Notes: generated from the letters alone by a model not told the origin. Counted from the first letter of the stretch, positions 9,791 through 19,695 are shown. The stretch is 64,000 nt of DNA from Bacillus subtilis subsp. subtilis str. 168 (GCF_000009045.1 NC_000964.3:248001-312000), one strand, 5' to 3'. Numbers and translations: made by a program.

Positions 9791-10498
9791 ATGACAGCTT
9801 TATATTCTGTTATCAAGTTTAAAATCATTGAGTTAATTAAATCGGGCAAATATCAGGCGAATGATCAGCTGCCGACGGAGAGTGAGTTTTGCGAACAATA
9901 TGATGTCAGCAGAACAACTGTGAGACTGGCTCTGCAGCAGCTAGAGCTTGAGGGATATATTAAAAGAATTCAAGGAAAAGGGACATTTGTATCGGCGGCC
10001 AAAATACAAACGCCGATTCCGCATAAGATTACGAGCTTTGCAGAACAAATGAGAGGACTTCGTTCTGAATCAAAAGTGCTTGAGCTTGTGGTGATTCCTG
10101 CCGATCATTCCATCGCCGAGCTTTTGAAAATGAAAGAGAATGAACCTGTCAACAAGCTTGTCAGAGTCAGATACGCCGAGGGGGAACCTTTGCAGTATCA
10201 TACCTCATATATTCCCTGGAAGGCGGCACCGGGGCTGGCGCAGGAGGAATGCACCGGCTCGCTGTTTGAATTGTTAAGGACAAAATACAATATTGAAATC
10301 AGCAGGGGCACGGAATCGATCGAACCGATTTTAACGGATGAAACGATCAGCGGACACTTATTAACCAATGTCGGAGCGCCTGCGTTTTTATCAGAATCCC
10401 TTACCTATGATAAAAATGAAGAAGTGGTGGAATATGCGCAAATTATTACACGGGGAGACCGAACGAAATTCACCGTAGAACAGTCATATCATTCATAA
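9791..10498 (+). CDS. gamR: GntR/HutC-family repressor of the gam operon (YbgA)
   Basis: [22 protein letters not shown] wHTH plus UTRA domain; divergent from gamA. Confidence 0.92.
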
Positions 10499-10531
10499 AG
10501 CAATGTGTTTTAAGAAGGGAATGGTGGTTCT

Positions 10532-10807
10532 ATGTTTTTATTTACGAATGGAAAAGTGCTGTGGGGAGCAGTGATTGCTGCATTCATCCTTTCAATTGTA
10601 TTTTACCCTTTTCTGCCGACGCAGATGCCGATTCATTATGATGTTGCGAACAGTCCGGATCTGACGGTTAACAAGCTGGCGGGGACTGTGATGCTGCCTG
10701 TTTTGATGGTGGTGTTTGCATGGGCGCGGAAGATCAATTGGCAATTTGTATTCGCAGTGTATATTTTGCTGATTTGCCACATTGTCGTCCTTTGTTTAGC
10801 GCTCTAA
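10532..10807 (+). CDS. ybgB: Small membrane protein with DUF1648-like motif
   Basis: Three hydrophobic segments; YPFLPTQMPIHY motif. Confidence 0.75.
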   Translation: MFLFTNGKVLWGAVIAAFILSIVFYPFLPTQMPIHYDVANSPDLTVNKLAGTVMLPVLMVVFAWARKINWQFVFAVYILLICHIVVLCLAL

Positions 10808-10810
10808 ATC

Positions 10811-10842
10811 AAACAGCCAGAATAAAACTGGCTGTTTTCTTT
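10811..10842 (+). terminator. Terminator after ybgB
   Basis: AAACAGCCAG/CTGGCTGTTT stem plus T-rich tail. Confidence 0.75.
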
Positions 10843-10897
10843 AATTTCAGCTTCATCTGACAATGAATGTGGTGTATAATAGCTGATGATCCTAAAG

Positions 10898-10912
10898 AAT
10901 ATTCTGAAATTT
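10898..10912 (+). promoter_or_regulatory. CodY-type site upstream of ybgE
   Basis: AATATTCTGAAATTT, 2 mismatches to AATTTTCWGAAAATT, upstream of a BCAA transaminase. Confidence 0.6.
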
Positions 10913-11015
10913 ATAGGTGTGAAGCGGCGTATTATTAAAGGAAAGGCTGTATACTTTTTGCAGCTTTAAAAAGACTGAATATTTAAACAATTATGTGAAA
11001 GGTGTGCTGATTAGA

Positions 11016-12086
11016 TTGAATAAGCTTATTGAACGAGAAAAAACTGTATATTATAAGGAAAAGCCCGACCCGTCTTCCTTGGGGTTTGGACAATATTTTA
11101 CAGATTATATGTTTGTGATGGACTACGAAGAGGGGATTGGATGGCATCATCCGAGAATTGCGCCGTACGCACCGCTTACGCTTGATCCGTCTTCATCTGT
11201 TTTTCATTACGGCCAGGCTGTTTTTGAAGGATTAAAAGCATACAGAACAGACGACGGCAGGGTGCTGCTGTTCCGTCCGGATCAAAATATCAAACGGCTG
11301 AACAGATCGTGTGAGCGCATGAGCATGCCCCCTTTAGACGAAGAGCTGGTGCTTGAGGCATTGACGCAATTAGTTGAGCTGGAGAAAGATTGGGTTCCAA
11401 AGGAAAAAGGAACGTCACTGTATATTCGTCCTTTTGTCATTGCCACAGAACCGAGTCTCGGTGTGAAGGCATCCAGGAGCTATACATTTATGATCGTGCT
11501 TTCGCCTGTCGGCTCCTATTATGGCGACGATCAGCTGAAGCCGGTTAGAATCTATGTCGAAGATGAGTATGTGAGGGCGGTCAACGGAGGAGTCGGGTTT
11601 GCAAAAACGGCTGGAAACTATGCCGCCAGTCTTCAGGCACAGCGGAAAGCGAATGAACTGGGCTATGACCAGGTACTGTGGCTGGACGCCATCGAAAAGA
11701 AATATGTGGAAGAAGTAGGGAGCATGAACATCTTTTTCGTCATAAACGGGGAAGCTGTCACACCTGCTTTAAGCGGAAGCATTTTAAGCGGGGTTACACG
11801 TGCGTCTGCGATTGAATTGATTCGAAGCTGGGGCATTCCGGTTCGTGAAGAGAGAATATCGATTGATGAGGTGTATGCGGCCTCTGCACGCGGAGAATTG
11901 ACAGAGGTCTTTGGCACAGGCACGGCAGCAGTCGTTACGCCTGTCGGTGAACTCAACATCCATGGAAAAACGGTGATTGTAGGCGACGGGCAAATCGGGG
12001 ACCTCTCGAAAAAGCTGTATGAAACGATAACAGATATTCAGCTTGGCAAGGTAAAAGGCCCGTTTAACTGGACAGTGGAAGTGTGA
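11016..12086 (+). CDS. ilvE: Branched-chain amino acid aminotransferase (YbgE)
   Basis: HYGQAVFEGLKAY, AKTAGNYA, EEVGSMNIF, ILSGVTR; TTG start 11016. Confidence 0.95.
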   Translation: MNKLIEREKTVYYKEKPDPSSLGFGQYFTDYMFVMDYEEGIGWHHPRIAPYAPLTLDPSSSVFHYGQAVFEGLKAYRTDDGRVLLFRPDQNIKRLNRSCERMSMPPLDEELVLEALTQLVELEKDWVPKEKGTSLYIRPFVIATEPSLGVKASRSYTFMIVLSPVGSYYGDDQLKPVRIYVEDEYVRAVNGGVGFAKTAGNYAASLQAQRKANELGYDQVLWLDAIEKKYVEEVGSMNIFFVINGEAVTPALSGSILSGVTRASAIELIRSWGIPVREERISIDEVYAASARGELTEVFGTGTAAVVTPVGELNIHGKTVIVGDGQIGDLSKKLYETITDIQLGKVKGPFNWTVEV

Positions 12087-12092
12087 AAATCG

Positions 12093-12124
12093 AAAAAGAA
12101 CCTGCCCGGAGGCAGGTTCTTTTT
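12093..12124. terminator. Bidirectional terminator ybgE/ybgF
   Basis: AAAAAGAACCTGCC/GGCAGGTTCTTTTT perfect stem. Confidence 0.9.
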
Positions 12125-13535
12125 ATTTTGAATGAGTCATATCAGCAGCCGGCTGGCTTTTGCGGTTTTTTACATAATATATTGCATAGCAAATGGCCAT
12201 AAATGGAACGCCGCAATAGAGTGCGATTCTTTGATTCGGATCAAAGGCAATGCCAACGACGGAAGCCAGGCATAACAGGAACGCAGCAATCGGCACGAAC
12301 GGATACAAAGGGGTTCTGTATTTCAAATCAGTAACCTTGTTTCCCGCTTCGATATAACGTTTTCTGAACATGAATTGAGAAGCAGCGATTCCCATCCACA
12401 CGACAACGACGGCAAAACCGGAAATCGACACGAGCACAACGTATACAGTGTCTGGCGCAAATACGCTGGACAGCAACGACAGAATGCCGCCGATCATGCT
12501 GAACACCAGCGCGTTAAAAGGGGTTCCTTTTGACGTCAGCTTTGCAAATGTCGGATGAAGCGTTTTTTCTTTTGATAAAGACCACAGCATCCGGGAAGAA
12601 GCGTAGAGTCCGGAATTAGCCGCTGACAGGATCGCTGTCAGGATAACAAAGTTCATGATATCGGCTGCGTATGGTACACCGACTCTGTCAAAGACAGCGA
12701 CAAACGGGCTTTTGATGACACCTGCATCTTGAATCGGAATCAGCCCTGACAGCACAAAAATTGTTCCGACAAAGAAGAGCGAGAGACGCCAGACCGTTGT
12801 TTTTATCGCTTTTGGTATCGTCTTGTCAGGATCAACGCTTTCACCGGCTGCGATTCCGATTAGTTCCGTTCCCGAAAAGGCAAAATTGACGGACAGCATC
12901 GTCATCAAAATCGGGACAAATCCATTGGGAAAAAGCCCGCCTTCCGCCGTGAAGTTGGACAGCATCGGAGCGGCTTCTCCGCCTTTGATCGGGATGATGC
13001 CGAACATGGCAGAGCCGCCTAAAAGAATAAATAATACAATGGCTAATACTTTGATGCTGGAAAACCAAAATTCTGATTCAGCGAAAAACTTGACCGAAAA
13101 TGCGTTAAGCAAGAAGATGAACAGCGCAAAGACGGCACTCCACATCCAAACCGATGTATGGGGGAACCAGCGCTGCATTAACAGGCCGGCTGCTGTGAAT
13201 TCTGATCCCAATGCCACGGTCCATGTCAGCCAATACAGCCAAGCGACCGTAAATCCGGTGCCCGGCCCTATGTATTTGGCTGCATAGGTGTGAAAGGCGC
13301 CGGTCACAGGCATGGCGACTGACAGCTCACCGAGGCATAGCATGACCAGATAGACGATGCCGGCCCCGACTAAGTAGGCGAGTATCGTTCCGGCCGGGCC
13401 TGCTTGCTGAATGGTATAACCTGAGCTTAAAAACAGCCCGGTTCCGATGACACCTCCCAAGGAAAGCATAAAGAGGTGCCGGCTTTTCATACTTCTCTGA
13501 AAGGTTGTCTCATTCTTGTTGTGGGCAGAGTTCAT
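12123..13535 (-). CDS. ybgF: APC-family amino acid permease, MmuP-like (S-methylmethionine)
   Basis: [44 protein letters not shown]; adjacent to homocysteine methyltransferase. Confidence 0.9.
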
Positions 13536-13573
13536 CTTTTTCCAACTTTCTATCAGCGATTTATTTCCTTCCT

Positions 13574-13609
13574 AATAAAAAATCTCATGTCAGAAAGTGA
13601 CACGAGACT
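13574..13609 (-). terminator. Terminator-like hairpin between ybgG and ybgF
   Basis: 12-bp stem AGTCTCGTGTCA/TGACATGAGATT (2 GU pairs) followed by TTTTATT on the minus strand. Confidence 0.65.
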
Positions 13610-13655
13610 CCGGCGAACCGGCTTTAAGTTAGAATATACAAACTATTCCGATAAG

Positions 13656-14603
13656 TCAAGTTGTTTTTAAAGAGCGGGCCCAAGCCGCAATTTCTTGAAT
13701 ATTTTCGGGTTTTGTCCGGCAGCAGCCGCCAATCAGCCTCGCTCCTTTTTCATGCCAGGTGCGGGCGCTCGCCCCGTAAGATTCTGCGCATGCTGCGCCG
13801 TTCCACGTTTTTGTTTCCGGATCATATTGCTCACCTGAATTCGGGTAGACAATGATCGGTTTTGACGTGTTCTTTTTTAACTCCTCTATCAAGGAAGGGA
13901 TATGCTGAAGCGGCGTGCAGTTGATGCCGAGTGCTGCAATTTGGCGGTGTTCATCAAGCCACGATGCGCAGTCAGCTGCAGGTGTTCCGTCACTGATATG
14001 CAAGCCGTCTTTAGCACTGAAGCTGATCCATGCATACGTTTCAGGAAATTCCTTCAACAGCCGAACAATCGCTTTGGCTTCAGTCAGACACGGAATCGTT
14101 TCGCATGCCAATACATCAGCTCCGGCTTCAATCAGCGCCTTCATCCGGGGGCGATGAAATTCAATCAGTTCATCTTCTGATATTGCGTAGTTGCCGCGAT
14201 ACTCAGACCCGTCTGCAAGATAAGCGCCATAAGGGCCTATAGAAGCCGCAATGATCGGTTTTGGCCGATTCAAACGGTTCTCTTCAAGCGACCAAAATTC
14301 ATCACGTGCTTCAGCTGCGATGCTGACGGACAACTCGATGAGCCGGCGTGCTTCCGCTTCGCTCAGCCCGCGTGCGGCAAAGCCTTCAAATGTAGACTGA
14401 TAGCTGGCGGTGATTGCACAATCGGCGCCTGCCGCAAAATAATCAGTATGAACTTGTTTAATCAGCTCCGGCTCTTCCATCAGGATTTTTGCCGACCACA
14501 GACTGTCATTCAAATTACAGCCCTTGCGTTCAAGCTCGGTCGCCATGGCGCCGTCTAGCACAATAAGCGGGTATGTATCTAATATGTGTTGGATAGGATT
14601 CAT
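13656..14603 (-). CDS. ybgG: Homocysteine S-methyltransferase (MmuM-like)
   Basis: VLDGAMATELE, SIGPYGAYLADGSEY, GINC, YPNSGE, IGGCCRT zinc ligands. Confidence 0.95.
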   Translation of the reverse strand: MNPIQHILDTYPLIVLDGAMATELERKGCNLNDSLWSAKILMEEPELIKQVHTDYFAAGADCAITASYQSTFEGFAARGLSEAEARRLIELSVSIAAEARDEFWSLEENRLNRPKPIIAASIGPYGAYLADGSEYRGNYAISEDELIEFHRPRMKALIEAGADVLACETIPCLTEAKAIVRLLKEFPETYAWISFSAKDGLHISDGTPAADCASWLDEHRQIAALGINCTPLQHIPSLIEELKKNTSKPIIVYPNSGEQYDPETKTWNGAACAESYGASARTWHEKGARLIGGCCRTKPENIQEIAAWARSLKTT

Positions 14604-14651
14604 AGAATGTACCGATGCCTTCTTTCAGATTTTTTTGAAAAAGATATGAAA

Positions 14652-14680
14652 ATCGTAATGGAGGCTTACGTGTTTGTCAA
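14652..14680 (-). promoter_or_regulatory. SigA promoter of ybgG
   Basis: TTGACA-N17-TACGAT on the minus strand. Confidence 0.7.
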
Positions 14681-14687
14681 TAAACGC

Positions 14688-14731
14688 AAAAAGAGAAAGG
14701 TGTTCAGCCCATATGTCTGAACACCCTTTTC
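14688..14731 (-). terminator. Terminator after glnT
   Basis: GGTGTTCAG/CTGAACACC stem with T-rich tail on the minus strand. Confidence 0.75.
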
Positions 14732-16168
14732 TTATGATATTTGTTTGTTGTGCGTGTCAGTCTTTGTGTCTGAAACCGGCCAGCACTCAATGCCATTATG
14801 GTTTTTGAGCACATCTTTATAAAAGACCGGATCCTTGCCTGCTTTTTTCTGGCGTGTATAGTCTTTCAGCGCCGTAAAAACGACCTTTGATAGTAAGAAA
14901 ATCGCGATTAAATTCACGATGACCATCAAACCCATGAACAAATCAGCAAGATCCCAGACGAGCTGGACTTTGGCAACACAGCCAAACACGATCATTGCCA
15001 GCACGCCGATACGGTAGACAAAAATCAGTTTTTTGCTTTTGTTCAAAAAGCCGATATTGGTTTCGCCATAATAATAGTTTCCAATTAGAGCACAGAATCC
15101 GAATAACAAAATCAGAATCGCGAGAAAGCCTGATGCCCATGATCCGACATGGGAGCTGAGGGAGGCTTGTGTCAAGGCGATTCCGCTCAGACCCGGAGTA
15201 TGATAGGCATCCGAAAACAGAATGATAAAAGCGGTGCTTGTACAAATGACCAGTGTATCTGTCAGTACACCAAAAGCTTGGATCAGCCCCTGTTTGACGG
15301 GATGGCTTGTTGTGGCGGTGGCAGCGGCATTTGGTGCGCTTCCCATTCCCGCTTCGTTTGAAAAGATTCCCCGTCTGACGCCTTGCATGAGTGCCGCGCC
15401 CAAAGCCCCGCCGGCGGCCTGGTCAAAACCAAACGCATTTTTCACGATTAGCGCAAGCACACCTGGCAGCTGCGTAATGTTGGAGAAAATGACGAAAAAC
15501 GCAACTCCGATATACAGGACAGCCAATACGACGACAATGGATTCAGCCAGCTTTGCAATGCGCTTGACTCCGCCAAAAATAATCGTGCCGAATACAGCAA
15601 TTAAAATGAGTCCCAATGTCAGGCGGTTTGTGCCAAACGCGTTTTCAAAGGCAAGGCTGACTGTATTGGATTGAACCGAGTTGAAGACGATACCGAACGA
15701 TAAGGTGATTAACACAGCGAACAGCGCGCCCATCCACCTTTTGTTCAGCCCTTTTTCCATGTAATACGCCGGCCCGCCGCGGAAGCCGTTTACATCTTTT
15801 ACTTTATAAATCTGAGCCAGTGTGCTTTCCACAAAGCTGGATGCTGATCCGATAATGGCGATAATCCACATCCAGAAGATTGCACCGGGCCCGCCGAGTG
15901 CAATGGCGATAGCAATGCCCGTAATATTTCCCGTTCCGACACGGGCCGCCATGCTGATGCAAAAGGCTTGAAACGGAGAAATGCTGTTTTTTGACCGGGA
16001 AGCAGCACCTTCTCTTAATACCCTGACCATTTCTTTCAGCATGCGAACCTGTAAAAACTTAAGCCTGAACGTAAAATAGATTCCAAAAGAAAGGAGCAAA
16101 ACAATTAATAGCTTTGACCACAAAAGATCATTTGCAATACCGACGATATGTTCTAGGATTTGCTGCAT
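14732..16168 (-). CDS. glnT: Sodium:glutamine symporter (AGCS family)
   Basis: ARVGTGNITG, GGPGAIFWMW, GGPAYY, FSNEAGMGSAP. Confidence 0.93.
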   Translation of the reverse strand: MQQILEHIVGIANDLLWSKLLIVLLLSFGIYFTFRLKFLQVRMLKEMVRVLREGAASRSKNSISPFQAFCISMAARVGTGNITGIAIAIALGGPGAIFWMWIIAIIGSASSFVESTLAQIYKVKDVNGFRGGPAYYMEKGLNKRWMGALFAVLITLSFGIVFNSVQSNTVSLAFENAFGTNRLTLGLILIAVFGTIIFGGVKRIAKLAESIVVVLAVLYIGVAFFVIFSNITQLPGVLALIVKNAFGFDQAAGGALGAALMQGVRRGIFSNEAGMGSAPNAAATATTSHPVKQGLIQAFGVLTDTLVICTSTAFIILFSDAYHTPGLSGIALTQASLSSHVGSWASGFLAILILLFGFCALIGNYYYGETNIGFLNKSKKLIFVYRIGVLAMIVFGCVAKVQLVWDLADLFMGLMVIVNLIAIFLLSKVVFTALKDYTRQKKAGKDPVFYKDVLKNHNGIECWPVSDTKTDTHNKQIS

Positions 16169-16190
16169 AGAATCACCTCTTTTTTCATGT

Positions 16191-17174
16191 TTAAAAAATG
16201 CTGAGCTCCCATTCCTGCGCCATATGCTTCAGCAGCATACCGCCAGTGAGGCTGTTGCCGTATTCATCAATGGCAGGCCCGTAAATGCCGATGCCGCATC
16301 CGGATTGAAAAGGCTGTTCTCTTCTGGCGCTTGGAGGCACCAGCGCCATGATGCCGCCGGAGACGCCGCTTTTGGCCGGCACGCCGACAAACGCCGCATA
16401 TTTGCCTGAAGCGTTGTACATGCCGCACGTCAGCATTAATGCCTTGGCCAATTTTGCCACATCTTTTGGAATCACCTGCTCGTGTCGAATCGGATGATAC
16501 CCGTCATGAGCAAGGATCAGGCCGATCAACGCAATATCTTCTGTAGTGCTCTCCATAGCGCATTGCTTCAAGTACACCTCAAGTGTTTCTTCTACTTCAG
16601 CTTCTAAAAAGTTTGTTTCTTTTAAATAGTAGGCCAGCGCTCTGTTGCGGTGGGCGGTTTCCCATTCAGAACGGAATACTTCTTCATGAATTCTTGGCCG
16701 TTTTCCTATCAAAGTTTCCATCACCGAGTAAAGAAACTCGAGCTTTTCGTATGCAGATTCTCCGGGAAGGATCGAAGCGATGGTGAGGGCACCCGCGTTG
16801 ATCATGGGATTGAAGGGCTTTCCCGGCTTGTTGATTTCGAGCCGAATGATTGAATTAAAGGCGTCACCTGTCGGCTCGACATCTACGCGGTCAAGCACAT
16901 AGGGAATGCCGCGGCTCATGCAGGCGGCAATAAAGCTAATCACTTTTGAAATGCTTTGCATGGTAAAAGAGACGTTCCAGTCGCCGGCGTGTATCATCGT
17001 TCCATCAGGCTCCAATACACAGATGCCGAGCTGTGAATCATTGACTTTTCCTAAAGCGGGGATATAGTTTGCGCTTTGTCCATTGGCGGCAAAAGGGCGA
17101 TAGTATTCAACCCAATCATGAAGCTGTAACGCCGGGTTTATGTCTTTCTGGTGCTCTTTTATCAATTCTTTCAT
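16191..17174 (-). CDS. glsA: Glutaminase
   Basis: FTMQSISK catalytic SxxK, NPMINAG, GMYNASG, PAKSGVSG; SD GAGGAGG before ATG 17174. Confidence 0.95.
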   Translation of the reverse strand: MKELIKEHQKDINPALQLHDWVEYYRPFAANGQSANYIPALGKVNDSQLGICVLEPDGTMIHAGDWNVSFTMQSISKVISFIAACMSRGIPYVLDRVDVEPTGDAFNSIIRLEINKPGKPFNPMINAGALTIASILPGESAYEKLEFLYSVMETLIGKRPRIHEEVFRSEWETAHRNRALAYYLKETNFLEAEVEETLEVYLKQCAMESTTEDIALIGLILAHDGYHPIRHEQVIPKDVAKLAKALMLTCGMYNASGKYAAFVGVPAKSGVSGGIMALVPPSARREQPFQSGCGIGIYGPAIDEYGNSLTGGMLLKHMAQEWELSIF

Positions 17175-17240
17175 CGAATTCCTCCTCACTGATTTTTTTC
17201 TTAAAGGACTGAGGTGTATCAAAACGAAGGCTAAGGGGGC

Positions 17241-17254
17241 GTTAAACGCTTTCA
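17241..17254 (-). promoter_or_regulatory. cre-like site at the glsA promoter
   Basis: TGAAAGCGTTTAAC on the minus strand, adjacent to TATTAT -10 (17254-17259). Confidence 0.5.
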
Positions 17255-17290
17255 TAATAGCGGAAGGTATAATTACTGTATAATGGAGAC

Positions 17291-17317
17291 TACAGAATCA
17301 TACAAAATACGACAAAA
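17291..17317. promoter_or_regulatory. Three 10-bp-phased direct repeats, candidate GlnL binding site
   Basis: TACAGAA / TACAAAA / GACAAAA at 17291, 17301, 17311, upstream of the glsA -35. Confidence 0.45.
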
Positions 17318-17475
17318 ACATTTTGAAAATAAGCAGTAAGATTTATAAAAACCTCATGTTCTGGGTCAAAAGCAATTTGCAGGTTTTCTCCCGATTCCCC
17401 AAAATAAAAAGCGAGGATGTGATCAACATAAAACTGGAACGGTTTATTGAAAAAGACGGATATATACTGGCCCTC

Positions 17476-18708
17476 ATGCTGATTACGGTGCCGCTGGCCG
17501 GTGAACTGAAATTTTATCCCCTCAATGAAGAATTCCGGGTCAGCTTTGGGGCACCGGTTTTTTTCTTCTTTTTATCATTGTTGCGGCATGTGCCCGCTGT
17601 GCTGCCGGGTTTTCTGACTGGAGCGGCTGTTTTCATCTTTCGCGTCTTTCTGGAATTATGGGGCGGAGGACACAATGGGCTGACTCCGATTCTGTATGAT
17701 CAAGCGTCTGGCTTTTTCTTTTATATGACTTACGCCTGTCTGTTTTCCATATTAAAGGCCAATCGTTTCCGTGAACGGCCGATTATGCTCGGTTTCATTG
17801 GGTTTATGATTGAAGTTGTGTCAGATTGTGTCGAGCTAACTGTGCAATTTCTCATTTTTCATACGGTTGTCACGCCTGAGAAAATCACTGACATTGCGGT
17901 GATTGCGATTTCTCACACATTTATTGTGATGAGCTTTTATAGTGTGCTGAAGCTGTATGAAACACAATCGAGAGAAAAACAGACAAGGCAGCAGCACGAG
18001 CACATGCTGATGATCGTTTCCAATTTATATGAAGAAACGGTGCACCTAAAAAAGACATTGAAAACGACAGAGAAAGTGACAAACGATTCGTATCAGCTCT
18101 ATCGGGAAATGAAGGGCAAGGATGTTCAGCTGAGCGGCAGAATCCTGAGACTGGCCGGAGAGATTCATGAAGTGAAAAAGGACAACCAGCGGATATTCGC
18201 AGGGCTTTCAAAACTGATTTCGAATGAGAGTTTGAGAGATTATATGAGGGCTTCTGATTTGCTGCAGCTCGTGATTCGAATGAATGAAAAGTACGCTGAA
18301 GCACTAGGGAAGCAGATTGATTTTTACTGCTCGATCGAGGGAGAGCATGACGAATATCACGTATTTATCGTGCTTTCGATCATTAATAATCTAACAGCAA
18401 ATGCGGTAGAGGCTATGGATGAAGAGGGAATGGTCAGCCTGAGGCTCCGTAAGCCAAATGAGAGTATGGTAGAATTCCAGGTGGAAGACAATGGCCCCGG
18501 GATTTCCGAGAAAATCGGAGACATTGTGTTTGACCCGGGCTTTACTTCAAAATATGACGAATTTGGCACGCCTTCTACGGGTATCGGACTTTCCTACGTA
18601 AAGGAAATCGTGACAGAGCTAGAAGGGGATATCACGTTTGATAATCAGCAGCGGGGAGTGGTGTTTGCCATCAGGCTGCCTGTCCGGCATTTGATTCAGA
18701 AAGGGTGA
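17476..18708 (+). CDS. glnK: Glutamine-sensing histidine kinase (true start probably upstream, see findings)
   Basis: N-terminal TM segments; NNLTANA, DNGPG, FDPGFTSK, GTGIGL ATP-binding boxes. Confidence 0.9.
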   Translation: MLITVPLAGELKFYPLNEEFRVSFGAPVFFFFLSLLRHVPAVLPGFLTGAAVFIFRVFLELWGGGHNGLTPILYDQASGFFFYMTYACLFSILKANRFRERPIMLGFIGFMIEVVSDCVELTVQFLIFHTVVTPEKITDIAVIAISHTFIVMSFYSVLKLYETQSREKQTRQQHEHMLMIVSNLYEETVHLKKTLKTTEKVTNDSYQLYREMKGKDVQLSGRILRLAGEIHEVKKDNQRIFAGLSKLISNESLRDYMRASDLLQLVIRMNEKYAEALGKQIDFYCSIEGEHDEYHVFIVLSIINNLTANAVEAMDEEGMVSLRLRKPNESMVEFQVEDNGPGISEKIGDIVFDPGFTSKYDEFGTPSTGIGLSYVKEIVTELEGDITFDNQQRGVVFAIRLPVRHLIQKG

Positions 18709-18718
18709 ACCAAAAGCT

Positions 18719-19663
18719 ATGCGTTTTTTTATTGCAGATGATGACCGTGCGGTGCGGTCAATTTTAAGGCAGATCATTGAGGACGAAGATCTCGGGGAAG
18801 CTGCTGGTGAAGCAGACGACGGAAGCCAAGTGGAAGGGCATATGCTGCAATTTAAGCAGATTGATATTTTATTAATCGATCTGTTAATGCCCGGAAGAGA
18901 CGGCATTGAGACGATTCGTCAGATCCAGAATACGTACTCCGGCAAAATCGTAATGATCTCTCAAGTGGAGGCGAAGGAAATGGTCGGGGAAGCGTACTCG
19001 CTCGGCATCGAATATTTTATCCATAAGCCGATTAACCGCATTGAAATTGTCACGGTTCTCCAAAAGGTGAAGGAGCGGATCGAGCTTGAACACTCGATTG
19101 GAGCCATTCAGCATTCTCTAAGCCGGCTTGTCAATCGGACTGAACGGAAAGCGCGTCCCCAGCAGAAGAGTGACAGCGGTTTAAAAGAGGCAGGAACATT
19201 CCTGTTGTCCGAGCTGGGCATGATGGGAGAAGGCGGCGCACATGATCTCATGGCGGTCCTGCAGTATTTAGCAGAACACGAGCAATCCGAGCCGCACGAA
19301 AAACAAAGCCCTTCGCTAAAACAAATATTCACCCAAGTAGCGGTACGGAAGCTGGGGACAGGAGCCTCACAGACGGAAGTCAATCGCGAAATGAAAGCCT
19401 CGGAGCAGCGTATCCGCAGAGCGATTATTCATTCGCTGCACCATTTTGCTTCACTGGGCACAACTGATTTTTCGAATCCAAAATTTGAAACCTATGCATC
19501 GAAATTCTTTGATTTTCCGGTTGTCAGCCAGAAAATGAAAGAACTCCAATCCAAGGATGCAAAACCCCTTGCACCTGCTAGAATAAATATGAAAAAATTC
19601 ATCCACGTGTTTTTTTTGGAAGCAAAGCTTTTGCATGAGACGATGAAACAAAGAAGGATATAA
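18719..19663 (+). CDS. glnL: Response regulator with YcbB-type output domain
   Basis: IADDD...LIDLLMP...HKP receiver domain; adjacent to glnK. Confidence 0.92.
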   Translation: MRFFIADDDRAVRSILRQIIEDEDLGEAAGEADDGSQVEGHMLQFKQIDILLIDLLMPGRDGIETIRQIQNTYSGKIVMISQVEAKEMVGEAYSLGIEYFIHKPINRIEIVTVLQKVKERIELEHSIGAIQHSLSRLVNRTERKARPQQKSDSGLKEAGTFLLSELGMMGEGGAHDLMAVLQYLAEHEQSEPHEKQSPSLKQIFTQVAVRKLGTGASQTEVNREMKASEQRIRRAIIHSLHHFASLGTTDFSNPKFETYASKFFDFPVVSQKMKELQSKDAKPLAPARINMKKFIHVFFLEAKLLHETMKQRRI

Positions 19664-19666
19664 ACC

Positions 19667-19695
19667 AAACAGCCGGCTGACCAGGCTGTTTTTTT
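19667..19695 (+). terminator. Terminator after glnL
   Basis: AAACAGCC/GGCTGTTT stem plus T-tract. Confidence 0.75.

Noticed and set aside
13545-13655. CTTATC...GATAG resembling the S-box P1 helix
   Set aside because: SAM-I core elements (AUCAAGAG, kink-turn GA motifs, GCAACC) are absent
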